Source of the DNA: Camelus ferus
Taxonomy: Eukaryota
DNA: 64,000 nucleotides
Reading direction: 5' to 3'
Assembly (NCBI RefSeq): GCF_009834535.1
Contig: NC_045696.1
Coordinates: forward strand, 79,362,001-79,426,000
The notes under the pieces were generated by a model. The model searched no databases and had not been told where the DNA came from. It saw nothing but the letters and a program-made list of their open reading frames with translations. This document shows positions 55,451-64,000 of this stretch, piece after piece. The position numbers and the translations under genes are program-made. Within the stretch, counting starts at the first letter, position 1; each line of letters opens with the position of its first letter.

Positions 55451-55648
55451 CAAGGTGAAATTTTGTTTTATTTTGAAAACTCACAAAGACTGCTCATGAA
55501 GGTTTATGATTGCCATTGTTACATTCATTAATCCACTTGGTAAATATTTATTGACCACCTCTTGCTTATCAAGCACAAGAGACATAAGAAATGAACTTTA
55601 CTTCTTTGACTTTCTCTGATAATAGTGGTATAAGATGTGATCCTAAAC

Positions 55649-55650
<2 letters not shown>

Positions 55651-55688
<38 letters not shown>
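55651..55688. repeat. (TG)19 microsatellite
   Basis: Perfect run read directly from the sequence. Confidence 0.95.
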
Positions 55689-55690
<2 letters not shown>

Positions 55691-55849
55691 GTAAGACAGA
55701 AAAACGAGTATGCATTTTGTTTTTGTTAGGAACCGTTTTTCATCATGACAGAAGGAAAATACAACTATGGAATGCGGGCAGTTGAGAACGAATTCTATGG
55801 CACTGCATCCGAATTTGAGATAGTGATGAAAATTCAACAATTGTTTTAA

Positions 55850-58300
55850 AATGCTTTGTTGAGGTATAATTGATGTACAATAACCCCACATATTTAAATG
55901 TATCATCTGGTAAGTTTTCACATATGCAGGCACCCATCATCTATCACTGTAATAAACACTGCATTCACATTTATCACTCCCCACAGTTTTCTCATGCTCC
56001 TTTGTAATCTCTTGGTTTTGCCCCTCCTCCCTGGAGCCACTCATGTTCTTCCTGTAACTATGGATTAGTTTGCATTTTCTAAAGTCTTATATAAATGGAA
56101 TTATCCAGTACGTACTCTTTTCAGCGAAGAGTCTGGTTTCTTCCATTTAGCATAATTATTCTGAGATTCACTCATGTTATTTTTATGTTTTTACTTTAAA
56201 GTGTGTTTCTTTAGGCAGCAAAATTATTGGAATTTTTCTTTTTTATTCAGTCAGACAATCCCAGCATTTTAAATGTAAATGGAGTTGTTTAGACCACTTA
56301 CCTTGATTGTGATTATTGATATGGTGAGGTTTGACTCTATCTTACTACATGTTTTCAATCTGTCCCTTATGTTCTGTGTGCCCTTTGTCCATTTCTCTGC
56401 CTACCTTTGGATTAAGTAAATATTTTTATAGTTCTGTTTTACATCTTTTCTTGGCCTGTTAGATACAACTCTTTGTTTTGTTATTTTAATCACTGATTTA
56501 GAGTTCACAGGGAAAACATCTTTTAACTTATCTCAGTCTACTTTCAAGTGATATTATACAACTGTGTGTGTAGTATAGGAATCTTCCAAGAGTGTACTTT
56601 CATTCCTTGCCTTCTGAACATTATGCTGTTGTTGTCATACATTTTATTTACCCATATGTTATAAACCCTTTAATGTTTTGTTCAGTCAGTTATCTTTTCA
56701 AGACATTTAAATAAGAAAGTATCATATTTACACATTATCGTTTCTTATAGTGCCTGTCTACTGAAGATTGTTCTTTAAATCACCATATTTCACTAGTTAT
56801 TGAGATATATTTTGTTGGCTGTAGATGATTCTTGCCTGGTAGTTTTTACTTTAAAGAGCACTTGCTCACTGCCTCCTCATTTGCATTGTTTCTAATGTAA
56901 CTTCTGCTGTCATCACTCTTTTTTTCTGTATGTCGTGTCTTTTCCTTCGCAGATGTCTTTCATATTTTCTTATTACCACTGGTTTTGAGGAATTTGATTA
57001 TAATATGCTGGGTGTCATGTGTTTATATCTCTTGTAATTGGGGATCACTGAGCTTCTTGGATTTGTAGATTTACAATTTTCATCACGTTTGGAAATTTTT
57101 CAACAATTGTTTCTTCAAATTTTCTTTCTGTAACACTCTTCTTACTCTAGAGACTCCAGCTGTATGCACATTTGGCCTCTTGAAGTTGAACCACGTATCA
57201 TTCATATTCTGTTCACTTTTTAAAATTATCTTGTTTTATTTTGAATAATTTCTATTCTTATGCCTTCAAATTCACGACTTTGTTCTGCAGTGCTAATCTG
57301 CCATTGCACATCAGTGTATTTTTCATCTTACATTTCACAGTCTTCATATGTATAAATTAGATTTGGGTCTTTTTAAAAATTATTTTCTGTATCTTTAAGT
57401 TTGTTTAAGCATCTGGAATACAGTTATAATAACAATTTTATTGTCCTTGCTAATTCTAACATCTTTGCCAGTTTAGTTCTATGTCAATTGACTTATATTC
57501 CTCATTAAGATTCATATTTTCCTTCTTTGCATGTCTGTTAACCTTTGACTGAATGCTAAACATTTTGAATTTTACCTTGTTGGATACTAGGTACGCTTGC
57601 AATCCTATAAATATTCTCGAGCTTTGTTCTAGGTTTTCTGTTAAGTTACATGGAAAGGTTTGGGCTTTGGAGTCTTGCTTTAAGAAGTGTTAGGTAGGCA
57701 CAGAGCAGTGCTTAATGTATGGCTCATTATTTCCCACATCTCCTGAAGCAAGAACTTCATAAGTACTCTACCCTGTGTCTCATGAATTACGAGTTTTACC
57801 TTTCTGGCTGGTAGGAACATGCACTCATCTTCTCCTGTGTGTGCATCATGCATTGTTCATTTTAATACTTCCAGATAATTCTTTCCTGGCATCTGATAAT
57901 TTCCTCACATGCTTGCCCTAATCATTGTGCTGAATACTTGAGAGAGGCCCTCTGAAGACCTCTGGACTTCTCTCCGCATACAGCTCTCTCACCTCTGTGT
58001 TCTATAGCCACCTTAATCTCTTGGACTCTTCCAACTCTGGGAAGTTGGTTGGAATCCATCTGGATTTTCCTTCTCTATACTGTGGTCTAGAAACTCCTCC
58101 AAAGCAGTAAGCTGGGACAGTTGCAGGACTAACTTCATTTCCGATTTCTCAGGGATTGCTCTTTCGTTTTCATTGTCTGACATCCATTGTCTCAAACCCC
58201 CTTGTTTCATGTACTTTGGCTGTGCTTGTTCTGTTTTATTTTTTGACTAATTCAGGCAGGAGATAAACTGCACTCTTTCTTATTCCATTTTGGCAATAAC
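55850..58300 (-). mobile_element. Antisense L1M fragments (3' end at 55850-56180, older body beyond)
   Basis: GCTTTGTTGAGGTATAATTGA, ATATAAATGGAATTAT, TTCTGAGATTCACTCATGTT, TGAGCTTCTTGGATTTGTAGATT and TTTGGAAATTTTTCA. Confidence 0.7.
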
Positions 58301-58384
58301 CAGAAGAGAAGAAAACTTACGACATTAAAAAAAAAAAAAAACAAAAACCATATTCTTAACAGTCCCCTGAACACATCTAAATCA

Positions 58385-58600
58385 GAGTTTGACCTACTTT
58401 TATTTTTCTATAAATAGTCAAATAGTACATATTTTGGACTTGCAGGTCACATGGTCGTTGTTGCAACTACTCAGCCCTGCCACTTTGTGTGAAAACAACA
58501 AAAACAACAATAGATAACTGAGCTTAGGTGTTTCAGTAATATGTTACTACAAAAACAGGAAGAAGACTGGATTTGGCCCACAGGCTTTAGTTTACTCACT
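58385..58600. mobile_element. MER58A-like hAT DNA transposon
   Basis: GTTGCAACTACTCAGCCCTGCC and AAAAACAGG...CTGGATTTGGCCCACAGGC. Confidence 0.75.
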
Positions 58601-59129
58601 TTCAAGTTGGATCAAAGTCACCTCAGTATCTCAGTGGTGAGATACAATGAGCATTTTCTTAATCAAGTCCTCAAATATATAGAATTATCAATAATAGAAT
58701 AACTGGACATTATTTGCCTCCTAATATAAACAATATCACCTATGTGACATTCTTGCCAAAAATGTTTAAACTGATCTAAGGATGATAAAATAATCAAACA
58801 AATATTAAATATGGATTATTATGAACAAGAGTTAGAGTGGGCCATTGAAAAACACCAATGTAATGAAAAACAAAAAACAAAAGTTAGAATGTGGGGCAAC
58901 TAGATTAAGACATACTAAATATACTATTCATGAATTTTTATTGGATCCTCAATAAAAACTGAAACACTTCATTGAATAATTTTACTGAGATAATTTTGGA
59001 AATAATTTGCAATTCATTCTCTACATGTAACATGCTTACTACATTATGCATCATATTATGCACTCTGTTGTTCTTGAAAAATGACACATTAAGAAGCATC
59101 ATGCAGATGAGTGATTAAAACGTGAGTTT

Positions 59130-59160
59130 TTTGTTTGTTTGTTTGTTTGTTTGTTTGTTT
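59130..59160. repeat. (TTTG)7 microsatellite
   Basis: Perfect run. A GA-rich tract follows at about 59212-59337. Confidence 0.9.
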
Positions 59161-59349
59161 TCAGAATGAATTAAAACACTGCTGTTTAAACCATCACTAA
59201 AACCCAAACATGGAAGGAGGAAGGGAAAGGAGAAAAAAGAGAGAGAAAGTGAGGGAGAGAGAAGAAAGGGGGATAAAGGTAGAAGAGGAGGAAAGAAAGG
59301 AAAGGTAAATGACGGTACAAACAAGAAAAGGAAGGAGGCCAGTAGACAG

Positions 59350-59790
59350 TTGCATGGTGAACATTACTCTGATCACCATAAACTGATCTAGTAAGTGCAC
59401 CTCACCCTGTGTCAATTTCCCATGTCTAGCCATGCTTTGAGAGGCTGCCTGGCACCATTCCACATGACTGGGCACCCACCTTGCCTCCATCAGTTTTCAC
59501 AAGACCAAAGGACTGAAGGCCCACCTGGTTCTTCCAGCCCTCAGAGATGCCTCAGCAGCTTGTTTGCCTGCCAGGTTTCTTGCTGCCAGACCAAGTTCTA
59601 CACCCTTCACTCCACTTCTTGACTCAAAGCAGCCACCTGCCCAGTTGAACCTTCAGGACGGTAAGACCCCAAATAACCCCCTCATTCCATTGGGCAGATA
59701 GGGGAGAGATTGCTGACTGGCAGCATTTCCCTGGGATGTAGCCCTAACTGAGCCAGAAAAAGAATGCTGCCCAGGAAACTGTTTACTGAT
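59350..59790. mobile_element. Possible ancient LTR fragment
   Basis: Abrupt GC-richer, CpG-poor block in AT-rich surroundings. Family not recognised. Confidence 0.25.
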
Positions 59791-62700
59791 TAGATTTTTA
59801 TTCTTAATGGTCTGTCCCATTCACACGCAGAGTCAGAATGCAAACATAGTGAAATCAAATTCTAATTGGGCAAAGGGTCTCATATCAGAGATCAAGTTCA
59901 GCAATACTGCCACTTGCCTAGCCTACAGCCCTCACGATGCCTTTGCCATTCCCAATCAGCACACAAAACAGCCTCGAAATAATGCAAAGACAAGAAAAGC
60001 ACTCATTCAAAAGTTTCATTTTTTTAATCAAAAAAATAAAGTCCTTTAATTCATATTTTATGTGAAATGATTCACCTTTGGTAACAGTAAATATGAATAT
60101 GTGATAAGTTGTAAATAAGAGTGGTATCAAACCTGGAGCTAAGTTTGAACTTTTCCTTAAATCCTCCATTCCTTGAGTTTTTAATATTATGAATATACTT
60201 CTTTACTTTATACACTTCCTTTAGTGTGTGGCAATACCTTCGTATACTTTGTACTTATATTCTATCTTCTGGGAAAGCAATTAATGCCTTTAACTAGCAC
60301 ATGAAAATTAATACACCAAAAGAACGCCTCCTTCCAAAGCTACTCTGGATACTTCTCAATGTTCTTACAGAAGAAATGATCATATAAGGATGAGATTATA
60401 AATCATATTATAAAAAAGGATATTTCTACAAAGAGGACTTCCTTCATGGACTTTTCGTCTCTGATAAAACAATCCATTACACATAAAGAGTCTTAGAGTT
60501 AAAACTCTTTCACATTTTTTTATCTAATTGCTAATGAATCCTTGTGTTGTAGGCAACACCTTCAACTTACAAAAGAGGAATAAAAATATTAGAGGGATTA
60601 AGAGACTTAATGTCATATACTTAGGGGATGATGGGAGGGAAATGTTAAAAAATAAAACCAAAAAATTTATAAAACTATAGTATAAAATTTTATTTTAAAA
60701 TTCTCCATACATATTTATTTTTAATAATGCTCAAAAACTTGCAACTTATTGGGCTTTTAATGTTATAAAAATTTTTGCATTACCTTTTCCTTTTAAGGGC
60801 TGGAATCAACATCTGTCTACTGAAGTTGATGGAACCATCAAACTCATTTTACACCTAATTCATTTCACAGTCATAATGACACTTTTTCAGCCTGGAACAT
60901 CAAAACAGAGGCACATCCAGGTTTTTTCACCTTTATGGTTACAAAAAAGAAATATTCTAACAAATGCATTCCCCATCTATTCATTGAAAAAAAAACATAT
61001 TTATGAACATGAAGTGGCATAAAACCAGAGTTTTATCCTAGTTTGAAAAAAAAAAAGTCTCAAGTTGTAGATCTCTGGAGGATCTGGGGAAAGCAAACTT
61101 CTCTACTAAAATCTGCCAATCTACCGAATAGCATACATCTTCAACTATAGTGAGTTGTTTACCATCAAAGTTTCACAACTGTCCACTTCCAAATGCTGAA
61201 AGGTAAGGAATGAAGTGGCATTTCTAGTGATTTTTATCTGGGCCCAGAGGGCCAAATCCAAAACACGGATACAGAGAAGCACAAGCACCCACTGAAGTTT
61301 ATATCCTACGTACATCCTATGGTGACCTAGGCACAAAAGAAACCATCCTCATGGCTCCGCGTAATAGCACAGCTGACGATGTGATTTCCCTGTGGTCTTC
61401 TCACCCATAATTTAGCTCTACATCTTAAGGCATCCTAGAAGCTTTCCTGAGCTCAGTTTCCAGAGAACCAACATCTGTGCCATGTAGACATGCCTCATAA
61501 CATCACAGTATCTCAATTTTCTCAACTACAAAATAACGCCTGTTGAACGGAATAAGGGTTATAAAAATCAAATTCTGATTAAGGAGCTTCAAATAAGCAT
61601 AGAATACAGTTTTTTTAACTAGTTTTTTAAATGTTACTTTCACCATTTTATAGTAACTGAAACAAAAGCATATCAAAAATATTACATATGAAGGAATAGT
61701 GGAAAAATAATTTTCTATTTGATTCACACCAAGTGTGGGCCATTCAATTTGAATGTTATTCAGAAGCCAATTATGGAACATTGTGATCACTGTTTCCTTT
61801 TTTGTATTATAATAGCAGAACAAATGAAAAATCAGGAGGAAACTAAAATTAGTCTCAATATTTTAAACTGCATATTTCCAAAGATATTTTATAATAAACT
61901 GTCTCCTAGATACAGTTACCTAATCACTCCATGTATAGTATCTAAGATGTCGCACTGGCCTCTCTAATTAGTTTCTTTGACCTTCAGATTTGAGAGATAG
62001 GTGAGCCAAGTCCTTCTTGAGAATAGAGTGTTCCATACCACCCAGTAAGTGCCTTCAGCCAAGGTAACACTTTTCTTACGAACTTATCACCAAGTAACCT
62101 GTATTAGCTTATTCACTGTTAGACTAATATAAGGAGACAAAAAGTTTTCCTGGAATTTGCCTTATATCTATTCATACTTTGAATCATAAAGGTAACAACT
62201 GAGAATTTATGTTTTACACTGGTTTAGGCACAGGACTGTCACAAGACACCCAAATGATCTCTTTTGACCTCTTTTCACTAGAAGTCATTTTTACCCTTAT
62301 TCTTTATTTTAGATTTCTAATTTTGTTATTATAATTGTTTCTATTATATTTATTAATGGCCCCAATAGTGTATGGATCCAAGAGAAATCTAAGAGTCCTT
62401 GTGTTATATGGAAGACAAATACCCTATCTATCCTTAAAATTGTATCATGTTAACATTAAATCCCCAAAGAACTATTTTCCAGCTAGTCCCAAAAATGAAC
62501 AAAAAATTACAATAATCATGTTCTGAAAGCCAGACCATGAACTCAATTCTCTTTTCTTAGAAATTTTTAGCTACGACAAAAAAAAAAAAAAAAAAATCCC
62601 AGTCTGGAGTTCAAAAAAAAAAAATAACATTAAAGATGAGGAATCAGATTTGGGGACTTCTGGTGAATAAGATAATATCAAATAAAAGGAAGGAAAGTAA

Positions 62701-64000
62701 AAGGAAAGAGAGAGAAATGTCATGGACAAATTGTGACCTCAGGGAAGATTTTAACTTCTGGGCCTCTGTTTCATAATCCTATACAAGGTTGTAATTTCTT
62801 TTAGGGATTTAGCCCAGTCCTCCAACTCCGGCACCTTGAGTCTTACTTTTCGCTGGGACTCTATATCATCCCTAAGTGCAGCAGAAACACTTTACTACTT
62901 AATTAATTATACGGTGCAAAGATGGTTGATAGAAAACATTTTTTCCTCTTTCTCTTCTTTTCTCTTTTGGCACTGGTGGGAGTATCAAAAGGGAATGATC
63001 AAATGTGGGATTCTGGACATCAGCAGGGGTGAGCTCTCCTGGAACTCAGGAACGCAGGGGTGAGGTACAGGGAGTCACAGGTGCAATTTACACGTGACAT
63101 TTTCCCCTTTTACTGACTAATTACATTCTACTAAGCACCCAATTGATAAGTACTGTTGTTGAGATCCCCTCTTACTTTTTAGTAGAAATAGAGAAACGAG
63201 GGTGGGCCATTTGCCAATACCATATTTAAATAATTTAGAAGCTGGGAATAAAACACCGTCCACTGATGTCTCTGCATGGCCAGTGAGTAAACCACAGTTC
63301 TCCTCTGCTTGGAACTGCACGTCAGGAGCCTTATGTTTTAGATCACTATCTTCACCCATATCTACTCATTGACAGACTCAATAGTAAAGTAATGCCACAG
63401 AAATGTGGGTCTCATCTTACTAAATGTAAAACTCAGTCCTTTCAAAAATATTTTATATAATTAACTTAACTCCCCACAGACATGTCTCTAATAATTCTGA
63501 GGAAAGAATGAATGAAATTTCAAGCTTTTCATTGATATAAAATATCTTCTAATTAACAACTGTAATGAGAAAATTAAGATAATAAAGAAAAAATATTTCT
63601 GAGTACAGAAAGCATCCAAACAAAGGAAGAGAATTCAAATTTTAGTCAGTTCCTTGAATGGGCTGGTAGCATTCATTCCAGAAAAGTGCGTTCTGAAATC
63701 ATCTTCTTCAGAAAAATCTTGTATACTCCTATTAGAAATGCAGTCAAGACACCATAGACTTTGTGACTGTTTCTCTCTTCTAACACACAGAAAAAATAAA
63801 CCCAAACTTTCAATTCAAAACAGAAAAGTAGAACAATAGTACTTGTATTTCAAAAGTAGAGAAAGGACTCTACTTCTGTTGCCATCATGTTTTATTTCAT
63901 ATTTATCAGGAAACTAATGAGAATTAATATAGGAAACACAGCCCCACAGCTATAATAAGATAATAGCTTCTCATAAACTTAAGTAACTTAGTATCTCTGA

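Noticed and set aside
1..64000. CRISPR arrays, operons or other prokaryotic systems
   Set aside because: Mammalian repeat content throughout, with no repeat-spacer arrays or long ORFs.

Overview
AT-rich, CpG-depleted placental mammal DNA that reads as deep intron or intergenic sequence. I recognise no protein-coding exon or RNA gene, and the ORF track looks like chance or repeat-derived ORFs. A tRNA-Ala-derived SINE with a 15-bp target-site duplication (TSD) at 29944-30082 resembles the camelid vic-1 family, and I saw no Alu, Bov-tA/CHR or PRE-1 elements, so the source is probably a camelid (inference). The window is dominated by old repeats (MIR, L2, L1M, MLT1 LTRs, MER5/MER20/MER58). It also holds a well-preserved ERV1-type solo LTR (34401-34816, TG...CA, ATAA TSD, TATA box retained) and a 5'-truncated L1 with a degenerate TSD. 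Several splice-bounded segments and AG|GT motifs are listed as low-confidence leads; they do not chain into a gene model. I found no convincing evidence of a new biological system. Repeat family names were assigned by eye, and boundaries without a TSD are approximate.
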